Source: Acidobacteriaceae bacterium (GTDB taxonomy: Bacteria > Acidobacteriota > Terriglobia > Terriglobales > Acidobacteriaceae). From it: a DNA stretch of 64,000 bases. The stretch is taken from contig OZ255618.1 of the NCBI GenBank assembly GCA_965276615.1, forward strand, positions 2,598,333 through 2,662,332, in the 5' to 3' direction. A program made the position numbers and the translations under genes. The notes beneath the pieces are model-generated. The model ran no database searches and had not been told where the DNA came from. It was given only the letters and a program-made list of their open reading frames with translations. Below are positions 1 to 9,251 of the stretch, in pieces. Position 1 is the stretch's first letter. Each line of letters starts with the position of its first letter.

Positions 1-1173
1 GAACTGGAAACTCCTCTGATGCCGATCGTCTTCAACTGGGAGCATGCTGGACCATGGGTCCAGCCGGACGCTTTTCCCCCACTTGGCGGCGAAGCGGCCA
101 TGCGCGAGTTCATGAGTAAGGCAAAGGAAAAAGGCTGGCATCCGGCAATTTATGGAGATGGTCTCTTCTGGGTAATCTGGCAGAAAAACACCCAGTATGA
201 CGGGATGCCTTATTTCCGCGCCCACGATGGAGAGGCTGCCATTGCTCGCAGATGGGATGGGGGGTTACTGGGAGATGTGTGGGACTGGAGAAAACATTAT
301 GTCGTCTGTGTCGGCACGAAGCGGGGCCGGGAGATGGTGCTGGAGATGACGCGAAAGATGGCGGCGTTTGGGCCCGATGTTGTGCAGCAGTTTGATCAAA
401 GTCCGGGTCCGCGTGTGTGCTATGCCACGGATCATGGCCATCCGCCGGTCCCTGGCCCGTGGATGACAACTGCCTTTCAGGAATTACTAAAGCTGGATCA
501 GGAGGCAGCGCGAACGGTGAATCCAATGGTCGCGATGTCCTGTGAAGGTGCTCCAGCGGAGATATTCTTGAAAAATTTTCAAATCTGGGATTCCCGCCAT
601 TCCACCTGCCCGCTGTACTCATTTCTTTATCACGAGTATGCGCACGGCTTTGAAGGCTTTCGTACCAATCGCGTGAACGATGAAGCTCTGCGTCTCTCCG
701 TTGGCAGGTCGCTCGTGACAGGATACATGGTGAACTTTACGCTGCGGGATAAAGGACGAATTGGATTCGACTGGAACGACCGCTGGACACGCGCCGTTCC
801 GGATCAAACCGCGAATCTGGACTGGGGGAAGCGAGTGAATCGATTTCGCTCGGGAATTGCCCGGGACTATCTGATTTTTGGAAAGATGTTGCGGCCGTGG
901 AAGGTCGATAATGTCGTAAAACGCGATTTTGGCTGGGGACAAGAGCCGATGGTCCAATCCGCGACGTGGCAGGCGCCGGATGGGAGAGTGGGCACAGTCG
1001 TGGCGAATTGCGCGGACATGCCGGGATATCCTCAAGTCACGGTAGAGGGGAAGGGAAGCAGGAAGGTTACGGTATATCTCGATGGCGAGCGGGAGGAGAA
1101 GAAGATGATGTTGCCAGCCGTCGTCAATCTAGAGATGCAGCCCCGCGCTCTCGGATTGATTGAAGTAGCGTAA
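1..1173 (+). CDS. Partial (5' end off-window) uncharacterised glycoside-hydrolase-like protein; distant paralogue of 9252-11546
   Basis: The frame is open from base 1 (ELETPL precedes the first Met). It shares motifs with the C-terminal half of the 764-aa protein: CYATDHGHPPVP vs CFSPNHGHRVPT, and MSCEGAPAE vs MSGEAAYDL. It sits in a sugar operon context. Confidence 0.6.
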   Translation, partial: ELETPLMPIVFNWEHAGPWVQPDAFPPLGGEAAMREFMSKAKEKGWHPAIYGDGLFWVIWQKNTQYDGMPYFRAHDGEAAIARRWDGGLLGDVWDWRKHYVVCVGTKRGREMVLEMTRKMAAFGPDVVQQFDQSPGPRVCYATDHGHPPVPGPWMTTAFQELLKLDQEAARTVNPMVAMSCEGAPAEIFLKNFQIWDSRHSTCPLYSFLYHEYAHGFEGFRTNRVNDEALRLSVGRSLVTGYMVNFTLRDKGRIGFDWNDRWTRAVPDQTANLDWGKRVNRFRSGIARDYLIFGKMLRPWKVDNVVKRDFGWGQEPMVQSATWQAPDGRVGTVVANCADMPGYPQVTVEGKGSRKVTVYLDGEREEKKMMLPAVVNLEMQPRALGLIEVA

Positions 1174-1215
1174 TACTGGTTGCTATGGGAACGTTCTCTC
1201 CAGGCTTTCGGTTCT

Positions 1216-2226
1216 TTATTGTTTCGGCGCGCCGGTCGATTCGCGAAGAATGAAGTGGGTTTTGTATTCGTATTCCACCTTATGCTTGGTTTTCTGAAGC
1301 TCTTCCATGAGAGCGCGGAACGCAAGGTCGGCCAGTTCTTTTGGCGAGAAACGGATCGTGCTGAGCGGTGGCTGCATAAAATTGCAGAGAGGAAGATCGT
1401 CGAAGCCGATAAGAGAGATATTCTTGCCGGCCTGCATTCCTCGAATACTGAGGGTCTTGAGGGCGCCGATGGCCGCCATGTCATTGCAACAGAGAACCGC
1501 TGTTGGCGGCTTCGGCAGGCTCAGGAGGGTGGCCATGCCCTGCACGCCGCCTTCCAGAGTGTGATCGCACTCCGCGACAATTTCCTTGTCGAAGGGAACA
1601 CCGGCAAACTTCATTGCCTTGCGAAAAGCCTCATACCGGGTGCGCATACTGCTCCAACTCAACTGGCCGCTGAGATATCCGATACGGGTGTGCCCAAAGT
1701 CGGCCAAATGCTTTACCGCATCGCGCATGCCGGTCAGATAATTAATGCGAATATTGCGTACGCCTTCCAGGGAATGGTCCGCCCCGGCATAAACCATGGG
1801 AACCGATAACGAGCCCGGCTTCGTATTGAGATATTGCTCCATGCCAAAAGTGAGTACGGCAATGCCTTCGACCTGGCGTTCCTTCATGCGATTGGCGCAG
1901 ACGGAAACATGGTGAGGATCTGTCTCGGTATCGGCAAAGCTGATCAGCACTTCAAAGCCGTGTGCGACGGCGGCGCGTTCAAAGTAAAGAATGATTTCAG
2001 CGAAGAAGGGATTGCCGCCGCTAAGTTCGGAGACGATCAGCCCGACGGTATGACTGCGGCCGCGGGCCAAAGCCTGCGCCTGATAGTTGGGCCGATACCC
2101 TACTTCTTCGATAACAGCCTGAACGCGGCGCGCCAGTTTCGGGTCAACCGTTGTAACGTTGTTGATCACCCGGGACACTGTGGAATGAGATACGCGCGCC
2201 CGGTGAGCTATTTCTCGGATGTTCAA
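1216..2226 (-). CDS. LacI-family transcriptional regulator
   Basis: N-terminal HTH NIREIAHRARVSHSTVSRVINN followed by a periplasmic-binding-fold sugar domain. TTG at 2226 is preferred over the ORF-track start 2271 because GAGGGA lies 5 nt upstream. Confidence 0.85.
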   Translation of the reverse strand: MNIREIAHRARVSHSTVSRVINNVTTVDPKLARRVQAVIEEVGYRPNYQAQALARGRSHTVGLIVSELSGGNPFFAEIILYFERAAVAHGFEVLISFADTETDPHHVSVCANRMKERQVEGIAVLTFGMEQYLNTKPGSLSVPMVYAGADHSLEGVRNIRINYLTGMRDAVKHLADFGHTRIGYLSGQLSWSSMRTRYEAFRKAMKFAGVPFDKEIVAECDHTLEGGVQGMATLLSLPKPPTAVLCCNDMAAIGALKTLSIRGMQAGKNISLIGFDDLPLCNFMQPPLSTIRFSPKELADLAFRALMEELQKTKHKVEYEYKTHFILRESTGAPKQ

Positions 2227-2487
2227 TGGTATCCCTCGCGAAAGCCATCGCATGGAACTGCATACACGCAAGCGACAGCTGACGTAAATGGTTTATGCGA
2301 CCGCCCGTGTCGATTGAGCGAGGAGAGGCCGCCTATATTGATTTGTTGACTTGGAGCGCTTCTTTTGTATTTCCAGGAGCGGAAATCTCCATAAGTATAT
2401 TGGATATCGTTCGATGCGGAAAAAATGATTTCCACGCATCGATAAGACTAAGAAGATGTGCAGCGATAGGGGGAAAACCAGATCATT

Positions 2488-2709
2488 TTACTCGTGCCTG
2501 TGTCGCGGCCAGAACCGGATGGTATAGAAACTGCCAAGTACAGTGAGAAGGATGCCGCCCCAGAGGCTGGCGTGATACTTTGCCAGCACAACGGGAGCCG
2601 GGTGGGAAAACTCCTTGATCCCGATAGTCAGGATGATGATGCCGTAGATCAGCAGGAGGACACCGATAAAGAACCATACCGGCAGCATTTCATGGTGTTC
2701 GTGCTTCAT
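2488..2709 (-). CDS. Small two-TM membrane protein downstream of the SSS permease
   Basis: 73 aa with two hydrophobic helices. AGGAGG lies 9 nt upstream of the ATG, and the gene starts 37 nt after the permease stop. Confidence 0.6.
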   Translation of the reverse strand: MKHEHHEMLPVWFFIGVLLLIYGIIILTIGIKEFSHPAPVVLAKYHASLWGGILLTVLGSFYTIRFWPRHRHE

Positions 2710-2746
2710 CGGAACTTACCTCCTGTTGATGGCTGGAACTAAAAAA

Positions 2747-4471
2747 CTACCAGAAGATATATTGCAGAGCGGCGAAGACGATGGCAACCCCGACTGCCCA
2801 GAAGACGGGACGCTGGTAATAGGGCACGTCGCCGTCTCCAGGAATTTCGGCATAGCCATAGACAAGGTTGATGAGTTCAGCTGCCGGCTTCTGCGCGGTA
2901 AAGTAGCTCACGACTACTGTGACTACAACGCAGATGATCCAGGACCAGAGAGCGCGGTAAAGATTTTCCGCCATCGGCTTGGCGTCCGGTGAAAGGGCGA
3001 CATAGCGCAAATAAGAAGGATTCAGGACGACCGCGGTATACATGGCAATGGAAGAGACCGTTCCCGCCAGCAGACCCCAGAAACCCGCCTTGGGCGTGGC
3101 GCGCTTCCATAGCATCCCGAGAATTACCGTGCCGAACAACGGCGCAATAAAAAAGCTGACCAGCGCTTGCATGTAATCCATGATGCTCTTGAAGTGCGTA
3201 ACCAGATACGCTGTGCCGATGCTTACGATCACTCCGAGGATCGTGCACCAGCGGCCCACCAGCAGGTAATGTTTGTCGGAGCCTTGTTTGTGGATGTAGG
3301 GCCGATAGATGTCGTAGGTCCAAACGGTGGCGAAGGCGCTGACATTTCCCGCCATGCCGGACATAAAGCCGGCGATCAGCGCGGTCACCCCCAGGCCGAG
3401 CAGACCGGGTCCGCAATAGCGCGCCAGCATGAGCGGGAGAACTTCGTTGTAGCTGTGCAGACCTGGACCGGCAGCGCTCTCCGGAACAAGTTTGAAGGGC
3501 AGCACCGCCAGCGCCAGCAGACCGGGAAGAATCACGATTGCGGGCACAATCATCTTGAAGTAGGAGGCGATGATCGGGGCCAGTTTGGCCGAGCGAAGAT
3601 CCCTGGCCGCCATGGCGCGTTGCACGACCAGAAAGTCGGTCGTCCAGTAACCGAAAGCGATCACGCCGCCCAGGCCGAATACGATGCCGGTCCAGTGAAC
3701 ACCCATGGGGTTGCCGGCAAAACTCCCGGTCGTGCTCCACAGATGGACATAGTCTCCCTGCACGCGCTCGTGGATTTTGGCAACCAGGCCAGACCATCCA
3801 CCGGCTTCGATCATGCCGAGCACAGGGATGGCGAGCGCTCCGAGCCAGATGAGGAAGAATTGCAGGACCTCATTGAAGATTGCCGAGTATAAGCCGCCCA
3901 GGGTGACATATATGGCTACAGTCAGCGAGGAAACCCAGATGCTGAAGTGGATGTTCCAGCCGAGAACGACCTTCATCACCAGGGCCATGGCATACATATT
4001 GATGCCCGACATCAGAACCGTCATAAAGGCGAAGGAAATGCCGCTGAGCGCGCGCGTTGCCTCGTTGTATCGAAGTTGCAGATAGCCTGGAACCGAGTGG
4101 GTGTTCGAAATATAGTAGAAGGGCATCATCACCAGGCCGAGGAAGACCATGGCGGGGAAGGCTGCGATCCAGTAAAAATGTGTTGCAAGAATCCCGTATT
4201 GGTAGGCCGCCGCTGCCCATCCCATAAGTTCCAGCGCGCCAAGATTGGCGGAAAGAAAGCTCAGGCCGGCGACCCAGGCCGACATATCGCGGCCCGCCAT
4301 GAAGAAGTCTTCGCTGGTGCCGGCGAATTTTTTCAAGTAAAGGCCGATGCCAAGCACCATGATGAAATAGATCACGATGATTGCGATGTCCGGTGCGGAA
4401 AGCGAGATCAGCCTGTCTCTGCCGACCAGCAACACCGCCAATGTGGAGTAGGTGAAACCCATGGGCTGCAT
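2747..4471 (-). CDS. Sodium:solute symporter (SSS) family sugar permease
   Basis: 574 aa and multi-TM, with SGLT/SSS-like sequence throughout. An alternative ATG at 4462 has better SD spacing. Confidence 0.85.
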   Translation of the reverse strand: MQPMGFTYSTLAVLLVGRDRLISLSAPDIAIIVIYFIMVLGIGLYLKKFAGTSEDFFMAGRDMSAWVAGLSFLSANLGALELMGWAAAAYQYGILATHFYWIAAFPAMVFLGLVMMPFYYISNTHSVPGYLQLRYNEATRALSGISFAFMTVLMSGINMYAMALVMKVVLGWNIHFSIWVSSLTVAIYVTLGGLYSAIFNEVLQFFLIWLGALAIPVLGMIEAGGWSGLVAKIHERVQGDYVHLWSTTGSFAGNPMGVHWTGIVFGLGGVIAFGYWTTDFLVVQRAMAARDLRSAKLAPIIASYFKMIVPAIVILPGLLALAVLPFKLVPESAAGPGLHSYNEVLPLMLARYCGPGLLGLGVTALIAGFMSGMAGNVSAFATVWTYDIYRPYIHKQGSDKHYLLVGRWCTILGVIVSIGTAYLVTHFKSIMDYMQALVSFFIAPLFGTVILGMLWKRATPKAGFWGLLAGTVSSIAMYTAVVLNPSYLRYVALSPDAKPMAENLYRALWSWIICVVVTVVVSYFTAQKPAAELINLVYGYAEIPGDGDVPYYQRPVFWAVGVAIVFAALQYIFW

Positions 4472-4500
4472 CCTTCGAACTAAAGTTCCGCTTATTCCTG

Positions 4501-6069
4501 TTATCGTTCGGCGATGCGACGAAGTTCCGGAAGAACGTCGCCGATAAAGGCCGGATCTGCATTCCTGCTGCCCAGAGCGAAGTACAGTTTGCAGTAGAGC
4601 GAGTACAGGCGTTCATAAATGGCGACAGCGTCGGGGTTGGGCTTGAAAACGCGGTAGGGAAGACACATCGCCTTCTGCGCCTCCTCCACTGTGGAAAAGC
4701 TGCCTGCCGCCAGCAGCGCCATAATGCCGGACCCAAGGCTGGTTGGAATGCCGTCGGGCACGAGAATGGGCTTGTTCAGCACATCGGCGTAGATCTGGTT
4801 CAGAACGTTATTGCGCTGCGGAATGCCGCCTGCATTGATGACACGTTCAATCGGAACGCCATGCTGTGCCATCCGCTCCAGAATGACTCGTGTGTGCATC
4901 GCCGTGCCTTCGATCGCGGCATGCAGTTCATCCTGCGCGGTATGGAGCAGATTCCATCCGAACGTAACGCCGCCAAGTTCGGAATTCACCAGCACGGTGC
5001 GGTCGCCGTTGTCCCAGCTCATGCGCAGGAGACCGGTTTGCGCGGCTCGATAGTTCTCCAGCCCATTCGAGAGTTGCGTTACGGTGCTGTTTGCGCGGCG
5101 CGCAATGGCTTCAAAGATATCGCCAGTTGCGGAGAGGCCGGCTTCAACCCCGGTGTAATCCGGATGAACGCTGCCTGGAACAACTCCGCAGACGCCGGGT
5201 ACGAGTGAGGTCTGTTTCTGCATGGCGATAATGCACGTGGAGGTGCCGACGACGTTGACGACATCGCCTTCACGGCAACCGGCGCCGAGTGCGTCCCAGT
5301 GGGCGTCGAAGGCACCGACGGGAATGGGAATTCCGGCGTGGAGGCCAAGCTTTTCCGCCCAAAGGGGCGCAAGATGTCCAGCGAGTTTGTCCGAGGTTAA
5401 GCATTCACTGTCCAGCTTGGCGCGAATTCCATCGAAGAGCGGATCGAGTTTCGAGAGAAAACTCTGCGGAGGAAAGCCGTCCCACTTCGGGTTCCAGAGC
5501 CATTTGTGACCCATGGCGCATACGCTGCGCTTCACTGATTTTGGATCAGCGACACCGCAGAGGGTGGCGCTGACCATGTCGCAATTCTCGAGAGCGGTGG
5601 CGAAGCGTTCGCGCTTCTCGGGGTTGTGCCGCAGCCAGTGAAGCAGCTTGGCGAATCCCCATTCGTGAGAGTAGACGCCGCCGCACCATTCGATCGCCTC
5701 CAGGTTTTCCCGGTGCGCGAGTTCAGTGATTTGCCGGGCTTCCTCGCTGGCGCGGTGATCGCACCAGAGATAGTACTCGTCCAAAGGCTCGAGATTCTTG
5801 TCGACAGGAATGACGCTCGAGCCGGTTGTATCGATAGCAAGCGAAACAACGTCATTGCCATCGATGCCTGCTTCCTGAATGGCCGATCTCATGGCGGCGG
5901 CGAGTGCGCTCATCTGGTCCGTATGTGATTGCGTCGCATATTCAGGATCGTCACGGCGGCGGTGCAGAGGATAATCCTTTGACGCGGTACTCAGCCGGCC
6001 ACGACGGCTGTCCAGAAGTGTCACCCTGACGTTGAGCGTTCCGAAATCGACACCCGCTACGATCGCCAC
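4501..6069 (-). CDS. FGGY-family carbohydrate kinase (ribulokinase/pentulose-kinase-like)
   Basis: N-terminal VAGVDFGTLNVRV actin-fold phosphate-1 motif, 522 aa. GTG start with AAGGAGG 9 nt upstream. Confidence 0.8.
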   Translation of the reverse strand: MAIVAGVDFGTLNVRVTLLDSRRGRLSTASKDYPLHRRRDDPEYATQSHTDQMSALAAAMRSAIQEAGIDGNDVVSLAIDTTGSSVIPVDKNLEPLDEYYLWCDHRASEEARQITELAHRENLEAIEWCGGVYSHEWGFAKLLHWLRHNPEKRERFATALENCDMVSATLCGVADPKSVKRSVCAMGHKWLWNPKWDGFPPQSFLSKLDPLFDGIRAKLDSECLTSDKLAGHLAPLWAEKLGLHAGIPIPVGAFDAHWDALGAGCREGDVVNVVGTSTCIIAMQKQTSLVPGVCGVVPGSVHPDYTGVEAGLSATGDIFEAIARRANSTVTQLSNGLENYRAAQTGLLRMSWDNGDRTVLVNSELGGVTFGWNLLHTAQDELHAAIEGTAMHTRVILERMAQHGVPIERVINAGGIPQRNNVLNQIYADVLNKPILVPDGIPTSLGSGIMALLAAGSFSTVEEAQKAMCLPYRVFKPNPDAVAIYERLYSLYCKLYFALGSRNADPAFIGDVLPELRRIAER

Positions 6070-6185
6070 GTTCCCACGCCTCCTTATTTGGACATATTTG
6101 ATTTTGAGCTATAAGCGGAATCCGATCGCATTGGCGAGCGGGCATAAAACTCCCTGTAAAGAACGTACACACATATATCTCTACT

Positions 6186-6521
6186 TCAAATTTCGAATAT
6201 TTTTTCCATGAGGACCCATTTCTCCCCAGGCTTGGCCTGCGGCGTGGGCTTCTGGAACTTCCACATCAACTTCTCCCATGCCTCGATCTTAGGATTCGCC
6301 CGGTCACTCGCGGCCTTGGCCTCGAAAGAAAAATCGTCCTCTGTGCGCAGGACCATCACCATGCGAGTGCCTAGAAGATATATTTCCTCGCTGAGAATGC
6401 CCTGTTCCTTGATGCTGGCTACAACCTCCGGCCAGATGATCTCCGGCTCGTGATAGCGCTTGTATTCTGCGATCAGTTCGGGATCGTCGTGGAGATCGAG
6501 GGCCAGACAGTAGGTCTTCAT
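6186..6521 (-). CDS. L-rhamnose mutarotase (RhaM/DUF718) family protein
   Basis: 111 aa; the LDLHDDPELIAEYKRYH and WPEV signature is typical of RhaM-type mutarotases. Confidence 0.75.
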   Translation of the reverse strand: MKTYCLALDLHDDPELIAEYKRYHEPEIIWPEVVASIKEQGILSEEIYLLGTRMVMVLRTEDDFSFEAKAASDRANPKIEAWEKLMWKFQKPTPQAKPGEKWVLMEKIFEI

Positions 6522-6586
6522 AAATACTCTTTCAACACCCTTCCGCTAAAAAGCTGCATCCGGTTTGGTTGTCGAATGCGACAAAG

Positions 6587-7534
6587 CTACTCCGATAGAA
6601 CCATTTCTTCGCAATCGCGGAAGTAGCGAATGCTGTTCGATACCAGAGCGTCCAGTTTTGTTTTGTTCGGCCGGCCGTACATGGCCGGATAGGGATCGCC
6701 GCCCGGGCCGAGCGGTTCGAATGTGACGAAGCGCCCTTCGCGGTTGTGCCCGATCACATAGAGCGCGCGGATGATGGTAGCCACGTCCATTGCGCCTTCG
6801 CCCAGCGCGGAGCGGTTGCTATCCGCGAAGTGCAGGTTGACCAGCATCTCGCCGGCGTCGAGCAGCGCCTCGCCAATGTGGCTCTCTTCGGATTGCATGT
6901 GATAAATATCGCCATTGATGGAGGTGATGCCGGGGTTATTCACCTCGCGAATGTAACGTTTCGCATCGGCAATGGTGTGAACGAGACTTACCTCGGCGGC
7001 GCGGATGGGTTCGATCGCCCCTTTGACGCCATGCTGCGTGAACCAATCCGCGCACTGGCTCAGGGTCTCGGCGGAACGGTCCTCTTCCACATCGTCATAG
7101 GCCTTGGGACGACCGACAGCGCCGGGAACCACCAGCATGTAATGGCCGCCGACCTGTTGCGTAAAAGGAAGCTCCCTTCGGATGTAGTCGATGGCCGCCT
7201 GCCGACAAACGGCGCGGTTGCTGGCGAGATCGTTGTCGGCCGAAAACATGCCGCAGACACCGGAGACACGAATGCCGTGATCGCCAAGAATTTTCAGCGT
7301 CTCGTCTACTTTGTATCCTAGGTCCGGGCCGTAATGATTTCCGTGTAGCTCGATGAACGACATCTTTGATTGTTCCAGCCGTTTGGCGGAATCGGCCAGG
7401 CTCTCTCTGCCGAAGCCCCAGTTGCTCCAGGAAAGATTCATGCGATTCTTGAGCTTTGCAGGGGACTTCTTCTTCAGCTCTTGAAACTGCTCTCTGATTT
7501 TTTCGTTTTTGGCTTCGAAGTGTTGGTGACGCAT
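6587..7534 (-). CDS. Sugar phosphate isomerase/epimerase (xylose-isomerase-like TIM barrel)
   Basis: AP-endonuclease-2/TIM-barrel-like sequence. The start was reset to ATG 7534, which has GAAAGGAG 7 nt upstream; the ORF-track start 7657 would overlap the upstream gene. Confidence 0.75.
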   Translation of the reverse strand: MRHQHFEAKNEKIREQFQELKKKSPAKLKNRMNLSWSNWGFGRESLADSAKRLEQSKMSFIELHGNHYGPDLGYKVDETLKILGDHGIRVSGVCGMFSADNDLASNRAVCRQAAIDYIRRELPFTQQVGGHYMLVVPGAVGRPKAYDDVEEDRSAETLSQCADWFTQHGVKGAIEPIRAAEVSLVHTIADAKRYIREVNNPGITSINGDIYHMQSEESHIGEALLDAGEMLVNLHFADSNRSALGEGAMDVATIIRALYVIGHNREGRFVTFEPLGPGGDPYPAMYGRPNKTKLDALVSNSIRYFRDCEEMVLSE

Positions 7535-7649
7535 GGCCGTGCTCCTTTCAATCGAACGAGTCATATGGTGCTGCCCGGATAAAGTTGAATGAATGCCGGA
7601 TTCAAGACACGACTCCGAAGCCGGACCATGCATCGCAGTCGCGAATCGA

Positions 7650-8882
7650 TTAACCACGCATATGATCGCCTACTTCCGGCATATCGTCGTGGATGTCCGG
7701 GCCAAAGTAGCGGAGCGTCACCAGAGGATCGGTCTCGGAGTAGTTCTCGATGGTAACGCCACCCTTCGCCGCTTCCGCGGAGATAAAGACCTCATCCTGC
7801 GTCATCTGGCCGAAGCGGATCAAGCTGGGACAATCGATCTTCAACGCTCCGATTTTTCCATGGCCTTGCGTGACGATCAGACCGGAGGCGCCTTTATCAT
7901 GGAGGATGCAGCGCGCTCCAGGTTGCACGGTCAATTCTCTGGCGCTGAACTTCTGCTCGCCGGCGAAGGTTCCATAGACGACCCACCTGTCGACGTACCC
8001 CTCGCCTTCGGCGGCGGCGATGGGTTCAATGTAGTGCTTGTTCTTGAAGTTGGTGTCGTTGTTGCGCTCCCAGTCCAGAAGATCCACGATGAAGTCCAGA
8101 TCGTCGTGTTTGTCTTCCGGGACATCCTGCAACAGCAGTTCGTGTTTCACCTGGCGGCCATCGACCATCGACTGAAACATGGAAAGAACATCGCTGCCCC
8201 ACTGCGGCTCATAGGTCAGCAGGGAACCGGGCGCATGCAGCACGCGGGTCGGGACCATCCATCCGGTACCGGGTTGCAGACGATAGGCCTTGGCGAAGTT
8301 CAGAATGTTGTTGTCGCCGTTGTTCCAGCGCGCCAGACAATCGCGGATGTCCGCTTTCTTGGTGCCGGGCTCGAGTCCGAAGTAGGTGTGAGGAAAGTTT
8401 CCAAAAGTAGCGTTGAGTTGCGGCGGGAAGTAGTAGCCCTCGGGTTTGCCTTCGCGGCCCACCAGCTTGGCCTGCTCTTCGCTCTGGTGAAGGTGATGCG
8501 GAATGGGGCCAAGATTGTCGAAGAACTTGCTGTACACCGGCCAGCGATGGTACTTCTCCCACAAGTTTTTTCCAACCAGGCGCGCGCCCTCGGATTCAAC
8601 CGCCTCTTTCAGAGTGAACCGGCCGCCTTCCGATTCTACAAAGCTTAGACCCTCGTCCGGCGTGCGATTCTCGTTCATTGCCATTGTGGTGGAAGCGATC
8701 CATCGCTCATCGATGCCTCCACGGTCGGCGCCATAGGCGTACAGGTCCCGGGAATCGAGCTTGAGCCTTCTTCCAGGGACAAGATACGACCTGGGAACCC
8801 AGGTTGGAGCGAGACGTAGGATCCCTTCTCCCGCCTCGAGGGCCTGGTGAACCACCTGGTTGACGGACGTTCCAACACTCAT
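7650..8882 (-). CDS. Cupin-type sugar isomerase-like protein (class I phosphomannose-isomerase-like); function unknown
   Basis: About 410 aa with a His-rich cupin-like segment GPIPHHLHQSEEQ. It is the first gene of the sugar operon. The family assignment is by eye only. Confidence 0.45.
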   Translation of the reverse strand: MSVGTSVNQVVHQALEAGEGILRLAPTWVPRSYLVPGRRLKLDSRDLYAYGADRGGIDERWIASTTMAMNENRTPDEGLSFVESEGGRFTLKEAVESEGARLVGKNLWEKYHRWPVYSKFFDNLGPIPHHLHQSEEQAKLVGREGKPEGYYFPPQLNATFGNFPHTYFGLEPGTKKADIRDCLARWNNGDNNILNFAKAYRLQPGTGWMVPTRVLHAPGSLLTYEPQWGSDVLSMFQSMVDGRQVKHELLLQDVPEDKHDDLDFIVDLLDWERNNDTNFKNKHYIEPIAAAEGEGYVDRWVVYGTFAGEQKFSARELTVQPGARCILHDKGASGLIVTQGHGKIGALKIDCPSLIRFGQMTQDEVFISAEAAKGGVTIENYSETDPLVTLRYFGPDIHDDMPEVGDHMRG

Positions 8883-8949
8883 GTGCATCTCCGTTATCCG
8901 ATGAAAATTCTTGAACTGTTTGGGCTTGATTCCGCGCGTCTGGCAAAGT

Positions 8950-8967
8950 CAAGAGATCGGTATCTTG
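8950..8967. promoter_or_regulatory. Candidate LacI-type operator O1 (CAAGAGATCGGTATCTTG)
   Basis: 18-bp imperfect palindrome with a central CG. It shares the core AGAGATCGGTNTC with 9179-9196 and lies in the divergent promoter region between 8882 and 9252. Confidence 0.4.
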
Positions 8968-9178
8968 TATGAATCATCACGGTACAGGGATGAAGTTCTT
9001 CTGTCAATATGGTTTATCATTCGATGGCAGGTTCGTGATACAGGGAAGATTTTTGCCCAGAGTTTCTGTTCAAGACCATGCGTTTCAAGAGCAAATCCTG
9101 AAAACCCCATATTTTTTTATTGCCGCGCATTTTATTCTTGACACCTGCCGAGGGCGGCGGGTACATTTTCGACCATGT

Positions 9179-9196
9179 CGAGAGATCGGTCTCCCA
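9179..9196. promoter_or_regulatory. Candidate LacI-type operator O2 (CGAGAGATCGGTCTCCCA)
   Basis: Second copy of the AGAGATCGGTNTC core, with GAGATCGGTCTC nearly palindromic. It lies 56 bp upstream of the 9252 start. Confidence 0.4.
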
Positions 9197-9251
9197 GGAT
9201 TGTTTTCTCACGAAGCCCCATTGCATCTGCATGCCCATAATGTGAGGACAC

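Noticed and set aside
2411-2450. Imperfect hairpin GATGCGGAAA...TTTCCACGCATC downstream of the SSS operon, considered as an intrinsic terminator
   Set aside because: The stem has a bulge and no following U-tract on the transcribed strand. Support is too weak to list it as a feature.
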